64,000 bases of DNA, from the NCBI GenBank assembly GCA_000165425.1, contig CT868649.1, positions 248,001 to 312,000 on the forward strand, given 5' to 3'. The notes beneath the pieces were generated by a model, which was not told the DNA's origin, ran no database searches, and worked only from the letters and a program-made list of their open reading frames with translations. The stretch's first letter is position 1, and each line of letters begins with the position of its first letter. Below, piece after piece: positions 26,731 through 40,365 of this stretch. A program made the translations under genes and the position numbers. The stretch comes from Paramecium tetraurelia. Its lineage: Eukaryota.

Positions 26731-26821
26731 ATTACTTATTTAGTAACAGATTTGATCAGAATTAATAGAATAGACTAATTCTTTAATAATTATATATTTG
26801 ATTGAAATAATAAAAAAGATA

Positions 26822-29800
26822 ATGAACAAGTTAATCCTCAATATTTAGTTCTCCCAGTAGGTCAAGTTCAAAATTGCTTTTGATGCTTCAAATTAGAAGA
26901 CATTTGAATAATTAAAGCAAATCTGTGTGCAAAGATTAGAATCCTTCCATAAGGTAATCATAATATTTAAATTAGATATCCCCTGATAATGTTAAGGATA
27001 CACTGCCAAACACATTTGATCCCTCATAATATCATCTAACAGATTAAACAAATTTTATCCTCAGCGATTAAGATGTAGTTGAAGATTTATGTTCGAACAA
27101 TGAATTAATACATCTTGTGTTCAATTAATCTTTATCAGCCTCAATTTTGGATCCACTTAAAATGTCTAGTTCATTAGGGACTCAACTGAATACTCAATCA
27201 ACCTTATAACCATAATAACAATAGCAAGTTTCTTCAATACCTCCTCCCCAACAGATTTAACCCCCTCCCCAACAGATTTCACCCCCTCCTTAGTAATAAT
27301 AAGTTCCAAACCCTGTATAACCTCAAATTAAGCCTTAGTAAATAGATGATGGCATGTTGGATGAAATTGGAAAGAGTGAACTTAAAAGGAAATTCTATTT
27401 AGATACATCAAAGTGGAATTTAGTTTAATAAATCCAAAGTGATATAGAGATTAGCATTAAATTTTTATAAGCAGAAAACTAGACTACTTAATACAACATT
27501 GGATGTTCATTAGAAGACACTCTATACAATTTATCAATAAAGATTTGCAATTAACTCTAAATACCCTAAGAATAAAATCATGCTGTTTTGTATAACTTAA
27601 GCGGATTGCCTTTGGTTAGCAATTTGAATTAGCTTCATCAAAAGACTGTAGAGGATACGATCAACAAACTTTAAAGCAAAGTCTTCTATGCCATAATCAC
27701 TAAATGTTCAGCAGGAGATAAGTCTTTTCCTAAAATTGATTCTGATGAAGGAAAGGATCAGATCTTCATTATTCATCAAGGACCCAAAGTCATTAAGGTG
27801 GATATTGAAAACACAACTGTAATACAATTAAAATAAAAAATATACCATAAACTCAATATACCAACAAATGTCCAGACTTTAAATTACGGAGGCAAATTAT
27901 TAACAGATTCTTTACTCCTTAAGGATTACAATGTATAGAATAATTCAAATTTGAATCTTACATTTAAATTAAACCAATTGGTTAGCCATGCTGATAGTTA
28001 CAATTATAACTTCTATATGCCTTGGCTTAGCCATTTTGTAAAGTAGAGTGACGAGGGAATTAGACAATTTAGATGCAATATGCTCGTTCTATTTGCAAAG
28101 GAAGATCACCTCAAGTGGTCTCATGCCATTAGATAATACTCAAATAATAACACTCCTCTTACTTTGGCATCTGTATCTTTGATCAGAAAATATAGACTTA
28201 ATTAGAATGCTCGTATAGCTTTTGAAGAAGGGTTTCTTAGATTGTTTTTTGATTTGATTATCTAAAGTCCATAAGTACCTGCTGCATTTGAAATTGGCTC
28301 AACCTTTGAGTATACAAGATAATGGATTCAATTTCTACATTCAGAAACTGCTAAGTACAAGGAAGCTGACATTAAATTGATCGAATACTATAGGAATCTT
28401 GAATATACTTGTTAGGTCACTTTAAGTCCCATAGAAACTCCGGCTTTTCTATCCTTAAGTAAAGATGATGATATAACAGCCTACTAAATAGTCGATTACA
28501 ATATCCTAAAAGAAAAATAAGAAACACAAGAAAAGCATTCTAATGGCAAATTATTTTCAGAATTGAGTTTAATTTAGGATCCTAGATTAGAGGAACAGTT
28601 CAAGATAATCAAATTCTTAGAAAAGGAAGATCTCATATGGTTACCTCAAACAGATTTTAAAGACGGCAGAGATCTTAATTCAATACCTGCAGAATGGCAT
28701 AAGAATGAAGATTTAAAAATCAATGTTCTAAAGATTTATAGTTCAGTCGAATTGAAATAACACCCCACTGCTCCTGTTCTCACTAAGAACTCTTAAAAAC
28801 ATTTAGTCATCTACACATCCATGAACAAAGATGTAGCCAAACCTGTTAATTTGTTTGATCCAATTAGTGGCATTGAATAACCTGAAAATCCAGATCAAAT
28901 TGCCTATAATTAGGTCTTACCAAATGCAAAGATTGCTCCTGGAAAAGTTGATGATGATGATGATGAGGATTCTTCAATTTAATTGGTAACTCAAATAACT
29001 GTTGAGCCAGAGGAAGCTATTATTGTATTAATTGATATTTCTGGTTCCATGGAAGAGGAATTCTATAACAGTGAGGATCTGACAAGATTGGGTGTAGTTA
29101 AAGCTTTCTTCAATGCTTTTGCAGACAGAACAATGGCATACAATCTCAAAAATGTCATCTCTCTAGCTTATTTTGATGATCGATACATTTTGAAATGCGG
29201 CTATACTGAACTTTTCATGTAATTTAAGGATTTGGTAAATAAGGCTAAACCTTAAGGTATGACAGCTTTATATGTGGCTCTCAAGAATGCTATTGATTCT
29301 CTTTTATAATTTAAAAAGAAATATCCAAATTGTATATTGAGAATTATTGCACTCACTGATGGGGAAGATAATAAAGGAAGATATAGTCCTGAATTTATTG
29401 CACAAACAATTCTTCAAAATTAAATCATCCTTGATTCTTTTGTTGTCTATGATAAATGTGATGGCTTAAAATAAATCACCAAGGCTGCAGGTGGACAGTG
29501 TTTCTGCCCTAAAACTATATAAGAGGGTTTGAAATTATTTGAATATGAAACCATCTTATCAGCTAAAATAAGGAAATAATCAGAATCATTAACACCAGCC
29601 AAGGTAACTGCAATTTTCCAATAAGATCCAAAAACGATCTAATTTGATGTTTAACCAAGAGAATTCGAGTTACCTTTAGAATTAAAAAAACAATCTATTA
29701 ACCCAAAATAATTGGTTAGTAAAATTAGTTCTGATTCATAATAACTTAATTTAATTGCTCCTCACAATTATCTCAAAAGAGTGATGAAAGAATTGATGAT

Positions 29801-30364
29801 TTATGAATAAAAACCTCATCCCTTTGTCAAAGTGTTCCCATGCTCTCATGATGTGTCCTTCTGGAAGATTATTATGGTTGGTCCTGAGTAAACCCCATAT
29901 TCAAACGGAATTTATATTTTGTATATGAAGTTCCCTTAGGAATTCCCATTACAACCACCTGATCTTAGATTTTTGACTTCCATCTACCACTGCAATATCA
30001 ATAGCCAAGGAAGAATATGTCATAGTATCTTAGGCAGAAACTACACTCCTGATACAAAAGTAATTTAGATCTTTGAGGCAGTTTATGGTATTTGTTAATA
30101 TTGAAATTATTAGGTCTTCTCATGACTCCTGAACCTGACGATCCTTTAGATACAACCATAGCCTCTGAGTACATGCAAGATTTGAAGTTGTACTTAGAAA
30201 AAGCAACCAATCACACTCTTAAATTTGCCAAAAGACCTATGGATGAAGTGTTGAAAGAAATACTTGGTTCGGTAGGGGAGGAAAAAGACTTAAGTGATGT
30301 TGAGTTGTAAGAGAAGACTAACGAAATTCTTAGTTGGGTAAGTAACGCCAGTAAACCATAATGA
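26822..30364 (+). CDS. Multidomain ubiquitin-like + VWA + ubiquitin-conjugating (E2) protein
   Basis: Ubl: TTVIQLKQKIYHKLNIPTNVQTLNYGGKLL; VWA: VLIDISGSM, GMTALY, ALTDGEDN; UBC: GPEQTPYSNG...PPDLRFLTSIYHCNINSQGRICHSIL...PEPDDPLD. Confidence 0.9.
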
Positions 30365-30533
30365 TTTATGTAGTTCATTTAATATATTAATATTATTTAG
30401 TGATATACATTTAAAATTGAGAAATCTCAGTACAAGGTTGGATTTTGGTCTAAAATGTAATTAAAAAAAAATACATTTGCCATCCATCTTGAAATAATAA
30501 ATTATTAATAACCCTAAAATATTAAATTATTAT

Positions 30534-31277
30534 ATGGGAGTAGCATAAACTTGTCTAAAGTAAAGGAACTCTGCTCCCTAAATAGAGTACAAAGTTCCGA
30601 CAATCCTAAGAAGAAAGCAAATTGTAAAGCACCCGCACAAGTAAAATATTTTGATTCCTCCTCTTTCTTAATTGGGTGAATATCATGAATCCCTTGAACA
30701 ATTAGAACTGGCATTATAAGAAAATAACATTAATCTTAGCATCCATAAAACAGCTACTTTTAACAGCAGCAGTGCAAATCGTTAATCTATTTCAATCAAC
30801 CCCAGCTTAAATCTATCTCTTAATACTACCATCCCCAATATGATTTAACCACAAATCAATTAGAATTTATCCATTTAAGAGTAACCATAACCGTAGCATA
30901 AAAATGAATAAATAGTTTAAAGAAGATAAACATATAAGGATTCTTAATTTAAGATTCGCGCAGAGGTCTAATGTGACAAAAATAGCAGCTATGCTCGAAG
31001 TCTCAGTAGTAACTCAAGAGCTTAAAAAGCATAAAATGCTAATAATGAGGAATCCTCGATCTCGTTAAAAAGAGACTCGGAAACCAACACCAAAAAAAGC
31101 ATTTTGAAAAACAAACAGCAAATTATTACAAACTAACTAAAAAGAGGAATAAGTCTAAGGCAATAGTAATAAATAATAAATGAGGATACTCAATCTTAAA
31201 GAACCTCAAAGAGTTAAAAAAGAGTTAAATTCGATCCTAAAATATTTAGACCCAAAAACACTCATTTCTTCTAATGA
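30534..31277 (+). CDS. Intronless low-complexity protein with MGVAQTC N-terminus and SILK + RVxF motifs (putative PP1-interacting protein)
   Basis: 744-nt uninterrupted code-6 frame ...TKKSILKNK...SQRTSKSQKRVKFDPKIF. Confidence 0.78.
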
Positions 31278-31353
31278 AATTAAAATCTTGTTTTTGTTAT
31301 TTTTTTATTTATGTTTTTAAGTTTATAAATAAATATTGATATTATAAAATTTT

Positions 31354-32595
31354 ATGAGTAAAACTACCTAATATAGTCGCAACAGTAAATACAAAATGAA
31401 AGAAGCTATGTATTTCATGGTTTTAATATGATAGTTAATAAATATCTTAATGTATCAGCACTAAGAGTTACTAATCTGCCAACAAATTGTATTCGAATTT
31501 ATTATTATAGATTGGAAGAAAAGAAGAGAAGTGCATCCTTAGCCAACCATTCATATTAAAACATTCCTAAATCTGCTACAAAAGAGAACAAAAGGTGTTT
31601 TTCAGTTAGCTTGGATTTTCTGGAAACTTTAACGATAGAAAATCCAACTGTTTAGGAATTATTAAAATAACTTAACATAGATGATTAAAATATTGATATC
31701 AAACAAATAATTAGGGAGAATCAAGATTATTTTCACCATCTCTAACGTAATCTTTTATCTTATTAAGAAAATTGCGCTTGTTTCAGATGTTCATGTTGTA
31801 ATTGTAAATGCAATTATGCAAACAATGCAAAATTGGTTTACAAATCAGGATATAACACTTCCTATAAGAAGAGCTATAAGTTCGGGTTAAGCACCTCCTC
31901 TTTTTACACTCCAGAACTGAATTTACGATATTATGAGTAAAGGCCCATCCAGACCCCATTTCTTGAAATGCAAACTTAACAACGCAAGGCTTTCACTGCA
32001 CATCCCGTTCAGTAAAGATACAAACGATAATACAAGAAGAATTCAGCATCAAGATAGTTTTTGTCTACCACCACATATCAAGTATTAAGACAGAACAAGA
32101 ATTATAGAAAATGTATCCTGATTGGAAAGATCATGATCCAAATAGGAAGATTGATGCTCCTCAACATATAAGCACCCATTCAGGAATCCCTATCTTGACA
32201 GTTACCAGCTATAATAAAGATTATACAAAGACTCGCCCCAAGACCTCCATTCCCTCAGCTTCGGATGTTAAGCAAATGCAACATCAGTAACCCTTCATAT
32301 ATTAAATAGTTAAACATATGCTCATATCACTCCAAACTATTTTGAAACAACCTACAATTCTGATTTTTAAAAACATCATCAGAATACTTACATTAATTCA
32401 AAAACTGAACCCAACATTGAGGTCTACGTACCTTTACGAGGCTTGTCTTATGATACAGTCAATAAAAAGGCATTTTAGAATGGACACATCATCACAGAAT
32501 GCTAAGGAACTAAAATGAAAAAAATCTTAAAGTTAAGAAATCAAAGTGCTTCCGTCCTCAATGCTTATCTCAATGAAATATATCAAAAACAATGA
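31354..32595 (+). CDS. SAXO/STOP-like microtubule-associated protein (putative)
   Basis: Cys cluster CACFRCSCCNCKC followed by short repeats TSYKKSY, STTTYQ..YPDW, TSYNKDY. Confidence 0.55.
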
Positions 32596-32719
32596 AATTA
32601 TTGAAGTGAAGAGATTCATTATTTATTGCTTATATTAAATATTAATTTTAATCAAATATATTTTAATACAGAATAATATATAGAATATATAGAATTATAA
32701 GCTTTTCATTAAATTTTAT

Positions 32720-34669
32720 CAAAATTTTGAGATCATTTACTCGCTTATTTAACGAAATGTTTCTAAATGAGGTTCTTCAGTTGGATAATATTTTTATTTT
32801 TCTATTCTATTAACATATGAGGACTTCTTAAAAAGTTTTTAATTTGTTATCAAATTATCTGAAGGATGCAATGATATTATTGGAATCAAATGAAAATCTT
32901 CAAGAGATTTAAATACATAAAATGAGAGCATATTTTATTTCTAAACAGCATTCTATTTAAATTACATCTACTTATAAGGTCCAATTTGTCTGATTATCAT
33001 TAAAGCAATAGGAATTTCTAAATTTAATTACTAATAACTATTGTGTCGCAATTCTTCTAAGCTTTAGGGATTTAAAATAGGTAATTTGCTTATCTTTTCA
33101 GCAGTAAAAATTGATCCAGAGTAAATAATGTCAAATTTTATGAATTTTTAACTTAAATCATCTTTGCTTTCCTCATCCTTTAGTTCAATTGTAATATGTT
33201 CTGTACTTTAGAAAATGAAGAACAAGCAATTAAAAAGTAACTGCTTAAGTTTCTTTTAATCAGTATATATTCGATTGTCCGTCAAATGAGAAATAAATTT
33301 GATTTTTTTTTCATGAGTTTTAGGGAAAAGCACATTGAAGATTGATATACATTCTTAAATACAATTGGATAAATCGAAGTGATTTAGAACAACTTTGGTG
33401 AATTTAGAATTCAAGTTTGCAAAATCTTAAATATTATTAATGTCAGTGTAGGTTTTTGTAATTTAACTATTCAAAAATAATATAATTTTTTTATTATCAG
33501 ACATTAATTATGCATTCTTCAACATCTCTGATGATAAAATTTATTTGAGGTAAATTAAGCATACCCTGATTCTAGATTAAATGCTTTCTTGAACCTAATT
33601 CAACAATTTATTGGATATTTTCAATTTATACTTTAAGGATTTGTTTTATGATTCTTTTCTATTTTCTTTGATTAAAATTATTAAACATGGCTTAGTATCT
33701 TCAGTGCGAATTATTTTAATATGATGTACATCTAATCCAATTAATCCTATCAACTCATAAGTTTAATTATCTACAGTACAATTCTTTGTTATTTCTTGCA
33801 TCTTCTCATGATTCATAAACAAATAAAATAGGAACTATTCTAAATTAAGCTTATTAGTTGGATTAAGCATTTACGAAGATTGTATGATAGACTTTCTTCT
33901 CCGTTAGCTGAATAAAATCACTTTCATACTCCGAATTAAATTAATGAAATTTTGTTGTTTATTTTCAGTTATTTAGGAGACTCTATTCTATCTGATTAAA
34001 TCAAATTGATTTTGCCTCAGATTGAAATGGACAATATATGATTAAATTTCAATCTATTTATAAAGGTTTTCTTCAATAATGTCTTTATTGTTCATTATAA
34101 TAAAGGAAATTCTAGTTTACTATTCATTAGTGTAAAAGCTGTATATTGCTATTATGCTAGAAAAAGTAAATATTAAGACTTGTCTCCAATGGTCAGAATC
34201 TTAGCAAATACTCGTGATATTCAGAATGAGTACAACGATTGTAATAAAGGTTTTAATTAAATAACTCCATTGGGAGATTATACTAAAATATTTCATAGTT
34301 ATACCCTAGAGTTCCTAAACAAATGAAATAGCCTTGTAGTATTTCCTTGTCACTGGATTGTTTTAAGAATCCATATTTAATTGGATGTTGAATATTATAA
34401 ATTAAAATGGCTATTAATGTTAAAGTATTATTTAAGGAGGCCAATTATTACTTAAAAATATAGCCAAGCAACATAATCAAAAGGGCGAACAAATTTAAAA
34501 TAGTTTCAAACCATAATTTTTATACAATATTCCCAAGGATTTCTAACGATATCAAAATTATGAGAAAAAGCCTGTAAACAGTTTAGCTTTATTTTTAAAG
34601 ACTCTTTCTTTATGAGGAATATCGATGCTCAAATTCTGAATTATTGAATCTTAAAGTGATAAAATTCAT
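32720..34669 (-). CDS. Multi-pass membrane protein with degenerate histidine-kinase ATPase-like C-terminus (3' end approximate)
   Basis: MNFITLRFNNSEFEHRY, several hydrophobic segments, later FDLSNCIQECISIF...IYTDQKKLKQLLFNCL...IGPY. Confidence 0.55.
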
Positions 34670-34716
34670 TATTAAATTTAATTTATACAAAAAAATTGAT
34701 AAGTGATTATTGAATT

Positions 34717-36145
34717 TCAAGTATTTTGAGTATAAGCCTTCTCAAATTCTTAAACAAACGTATCAATTTCTTGCTTTGTTAAACCTATCGCACATGCAAC
34801 TGTGATATAAGGTGTAAAATAATTATCTAAAATATTATAAGAAATACTCGTTACCACAATGACTTCCGTAATTTTTGAATTCAATACCGCAAACTACCTT
34901 ATTTTTTTTATTTGTAATAACCCTTGATCCCATCACTTTTTTAGAATATAATATGGCTCCTAATTTAGTAATTTAATTTTTTTCTTCTTAATTATTCTAA
35001 TCAATTTTTAAGTTCTACAAGCTTATGCCAATAGAGATGCTATTTTTAGGAGTATTAAGTATTTGTTCAGAAATTTTCTATGTCATGATTTAAAGTTTCT
35101 CTTTAAAATATGCGTAATTTTCTACTCTTTCCTTTTGTAATTGCAAATAACCTGATTTGCCCATAGACAAAAAGGTAATAAATAAATCTAAAATTGGAGC
35201 AGCACTTGCTCTGCCTGGATACAATTCACTAATTTATTTAATGAGCTTTTTATCATTGCCATATATCAAAGCCCCGCCAACAGGAACCATAAAGTTTTTA
35301 TCAGTGCTTGAAACAATCAAGTTGACTGTTCCTTAAGCTAATCCTAAATTAATGGAGTTGGCTATTTTATTACATTAAAGGCCATACGCATTGTTAACAA
35401 CATGGTATATTGAGAATTACTTACAGATTTTAGCAATTTCCCCAATGTTATCTGGAATTCTGGGTGCGAAACAACTTGTAGTGCTTAAAACACATACAAT
35501 ATTGTCTGGTCCAATTTCATTAACTTTTTAGATTAACATATCTAAATTAGTTGTTACGACATGGTCTTGGATCACAGAGTCAATTACTATGGGAATAAGG
35601 TTGGCTGTTTAAATGCATTTTAAGCATGTTTTTTAATCTATTCTTGGCCATAGAACGTATTTTGCTTATGGCTTTAAAGATTTCAATGCCAATAAACAAA
35701 GTGATATTGCCATTCCTGTAGCAACAGGTACAAGAAGCAATTCATTAATTTGATAATTGCTCAACTTTAAAGCGTCTTTAGCTAAATGCTTAGTTAATTT
35801 GGCTATTAAAGAGGATCCTGCAGCTTTTGGTTGGCTGGCAATTAGATCTCCTGATCTTCCAATTCCATGTCCCATGTAATAATTTCTTTTTTAAACAAGT
35901 GCTGAGAAAATTCTGCTTTCTCTTTCTCCCACACCCACTTTATTACTAAAATTGTTGGTATCCATAGTTGCAAATATGTTGAGCAAATATTCAATTGTAA
36001 GATCATCGAAACCTTCTTCAGGTAATTGTCTTTAGGATAGCAATAATTTAAACAGCTTCTCTTTAGCATTTAGAGAATTTGAAGCTATTTTGACATATTT
36101 ATCATCAATTATTTCAGAGCAGAGTTTAAGATTTTACTAATTCAT
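34717..36145 (-). CDS. SEPSECS: O-phosphoseryl-tRNA(Sec) selenium transferase (selenocysteine synthase)
   Basis: [71 protein letters not shown] (PLP lysine), YPGRAS. Confidence 0.96.
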
Positions 36146-36172
36146 TAGTTATTAAAAATAATTCGCGGTATA

Positions 36173-39100
36173 ATGAAGTAAACAACACTTTAAAGGTTCT
36201 TGACTTCTTCATAGAAAAAGAATCAACCTACAGGCTTAAATAACACTAAAGTCTCTAATGATAATAGTTTGATCGAAGAAAAAAAGATTGAAATCTAATA
36301 TATCAAGCCAGCCGCTTCATTTTAAAAGGAGGAGGGAGTTAAAGTAATTAAAGAGCAAGTAGTTGAAAATGTTCAAGAGAAGCCACAACAATTAAGCAGA
36401 TTAAAAAGAAATAGCATTGTAGATAGTGAAGATGAATAAGAAAAAAAAGAAGTGGATCAAAACGAACTCAAAATTGATAAATTCACTTTTGTGGGTTCTT
36501 AAGAAAAGAATAAGGAGAAAAAGTCATTGGCTGTCTTTATTAAATAGGATAATACAAAAAATAACACAAAAACTTCTTAAAAGCAAAAAAAATCAGAATG
36601 TGATAAATCTGGCAAACCTTTGAAATAATCTGCAAAATTAGAGGATGAGGAAATTGACTATTCTTAAGAAAATAAATAAGGAAATCTAGATTTCAGACAT
36701 CCCACAGACAAGATCAATGTATATGAAGAGTTTGATGATGTGACTCCGAAATGGGCAAGTATTGGCCTATCTAGAGATAAAAGTGGTAAATTACATGGGA
36801 CTTCAGATGCAGATCCAACAACCCTCTTAATTCCTTAAAGTGATTTCAATAAACTAACCAAATGTATGCAATAATATTGGAAATATAAGAGTGAAAACTT
36901 TGATAAAATCATCTTTTTCAAATTAGGAAAATTCTATGAATTATTCTATGAAGATGCCTACATTGGAAATAAATATTTAGATTTGAATTGGATGGGAAGA
37001 AAGATGTAATTAATTCAATATATATGATAATAGGCATACAGGATTCCCAGAAAAAGCAGTCCACAAATATAAGGCTCTTTTATTGGAGTATGGATACAAG
37101 GTTGTAATAGTAGATCAAACAGAAACTCCAGAATAAATGAATCAAAGAGTAACCTAAAATAAGAAGACTGGATAGGGGAATACTGATAAAATAGTCCAAA
37201 GATAAATAAGTGAGATCTTGACGAAAGGGACGTATTTGTATGAAGAGGGAGAATCATAAATGAATCTAGATGAAAAGGTTTTACTAGTGATAAGAAAGAA
37301 AATCATATCGAACGCAATAGAAGAATATGGAATAGCCATTTTAGAAAGATAAACAAATACGATATCACTTGCATTTATTGAAAATCGAGATAAGAACTAT
37401 GAGTCTCTCAAGACTTTATTACTTCACATGAGACCTGTGGAAACAGTCATTGATTAGCATAATCTACCCTCGCATGATCCAATTACCAAAATGATAGGGG
37501 GATCTGTTATTTAAAGTGTGATTTCACATCTTACAGCATCTTAAGATAATTGGGATGAAAAGAAGGCCTTATTTAGACTTGAACAGTATTATTAAAATGA
37601 ATTTCCGCCAGCCATTAAATTCTATAAGAACAATTAAGTTGTCCTTTAAGCTTTAAATGGATTGTTTACTTATTTGAATTATATCCTAATTTTAGATAAA
37701 GTTCTGGGATGTGCAAGATTCAAAATATATAATGAAGTATTTTCACTACAACAATGTATGATTTTAGATAGTCAAGCAATTGTATAATATTACATTATTA
37801 TTCTAGTATCATTTAGAGATTCTGTAAACTACTAATTCAGTAGACAAAAAAGACTATTCCTTGTTTGGTGTCTTAAATAAAACAGTTACTCCTGGTGGAC
37901 ATCGATTATTAAGAAGGTGGGTTTGTGCTCCCCTTTATTAAGTTGATCAGATTAGAGAGAGATAGGCAATGGTGTGTGATATCAGCAACTTTAGAAAGGA
38001 GAGAGATTTGTTTAGATAGAGTATTAAGCAATTTCCAGATTTTGAAAGAAGATGCAGTAGAATTTATGAATACTCCATCAAATCTGAAAGTAAAGCCGTA
38101 TTTTATGAAAACCTCTCTGAATAACGACTAAAAGAATTTAAGAGTTTGACCTCAACTTTGAAACTTGCTTAGGAAGAGATAACCTTATTCGGTTAATTGT
38201 AAATCAACTTCAAAAGTGAAAGGTTAAGAAAAATGATGACTTTTGAAGCTAATGGAGGTTTATTGCCCAATGTTTAGGAATAATTAAACGAATTTGAATA
38301 ATATATCATTTGGGAAAAGGAAAAAGATAAAGAAATCCCTAAACCAGTTCCTGGAGTCTTAGATACTTATGATCAATCAATTGCTGGAGTTCAATTAGTT
38401 TAATAGAAACTTGATAATTATCTCTAGCAAATTAAAAAAATATTATTTAAGAATAATGGTAATATTCAGTTTGTGCATACAAAATTTAGATACGAGATTG
38501 AAATTCCAGATGAGTTAGTGGAAAAGTCAAAACCTGAAGATTTTGAATTTACATCTTCAAGACAGGGATACAAGAGATATATCACTAAAGAAATTAAGGA
38601 TATGGTTACTGAGTTAGAATAAGCAGAGGAATTGAAAAAGTAGTAATTAAATGCTTTTGGGAATTTCATATTCAAGCATTTTTAATCTAATTAAAGTGTT
38701 TGGGATACTCTTATTAAAATATTAAATGAATTGGATGCATTATGTTCCTTGAGTGTCTTTGGAGATACTTCAGAAGGGAAGATGACTATGCCCACATTCA
38801 ATACTGAAAAAACAAAGTTAGTTATTAAAGAAGGGAAACATCCATGTTTGTCCAACATCAATTTTGTATCTAATTCAATTGATATGGGAGAAAAGCTGTG
38901 TAAATTTTAATTATTGACCGGTCCTAATATGGGAGGAAAAAGCACTACTCTAAGAATGGTCTGTGTTCTAGCCATTTTAGCCTAACTTGGATGCTCAGTT
39001 CCATGTGAGGAAATGGAACTCTCTCCTATAGATAGGATATTTACTAGAATAGGTGCAAAAGACTATCTAATGGAAGGGAAATCAACATTTTATGTGGAAT

Positions 39101-39546
39101 TAGAAGAAACATTAATACCATTAAAATATGGAACCAAAAATTCTTTGTTTATCACCGATGAATTAGGAAGAGGAACTTCCACATATGACGGAGTAGCTAT
39201 TGCTTCTGCTGTTATGCATTATCTTATTAAGACTATTTAATGTAGAGTCTTATTTGCAACTCATTTCAGAATTCTGGTTGAAGAGGCCAAACTAATTAGT
39301 GAAGTTACAAATGTTCATATGGCTTGTTATATTTAAGATGGGAAAGTCATCTTTCTATATCGATTAAAGGAAGGAGCATGCGAAGCATCTTTTGGGATTA
39401 ATGTGGCTAAAGTGGTAGGAATCGAGAATTCCATAATTACTCGAGCTGAAGATATGGCAAATTTCTTTGAAAATAAGGTTCAAAAGAACACAGAACAAAC
39501 TCTGCAAAAGTTTAATTAAATTATGAAGGAATATGGGATTGTGTGA
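36173..39546 (+). CDS. MSH6: DNA mismatch repair protein MSH6
   Basis: N-terminal PIP-like MKQTTLQRFL, DPTTLLIP, FFKLGKFYELFYEDA (Phe-X-Glu), LTGPNMGGKSTTLR, DRIFTRIGA, DELGRGTSTYDG, FATHF. Confidence 0.95.
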
Positions 39547-40365
39547 TTATTGAATGAGATTGATTTTATTTTTCTATAGCCATAAATTAATATATAACTT
39601 GATTGTGTTTTATCAATATATAATTTATATAATGTAGTTATATTGTATTCATATTTATTTCCAGTTTTTTTGCATGATATAATACATTGTGTTTTATCAA
39701 TATATTTGCTTAAATAAATTAAGTCATTTTGTATTCTTTTAGGTAATAATTAAAAAAATATTTGTATATAAGAAATGATTCATCACTATTAACAATAATA
39801 GATACAATTTCTTGATTCTAAGGGGATTGTTGATAAAAATTTTAATAAATACTATTATATTGAATATAATAGCAATTTAATAGAAGATGATGCCCATTCA
39901 ACAATAATAACACCCATATATGTTACAATATTTAATAATTAAAATAATTCCACCAAAATATCGTTCAATTGAGTTTAAAGAATATTAATCATAATATATT
40001 ATTTTATTGTAATTAATTGAAATAAGTTTATTTGAAATGATACTTTGAGTCTTCCACATAACTAAAATAGAATAGAAAAGGAACTAATTCATAACTTTAA
40101 ATTTCAGAGGTAAAATAATCACAATACATAATATTGATTGATTTATAATTTTGTAACAAAAAATTCAAAATTAAATTCATTCAAAATATATATATTTTTG
40201 ATATATTTTAATACATTAATTAATGTTATGTAAAATATTTATCTTTCTTTTGAGTCAATTCTAGTTTATCAGATTATATATAGATTATGCTTCTGATATA
40301 TTATATTTAATTATCTATATTATAAAATCTAATTTTGCATTAAAAATGAATAACAAAATAAAATA

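Noticed and set aside
39550..40360. Long AT-rich intergenic region as retained IES or transposon
   Set aside because: TA-bounded IES ends cannot be recognised without a germline/somatic comparison; no terminal repeats or transposase seen
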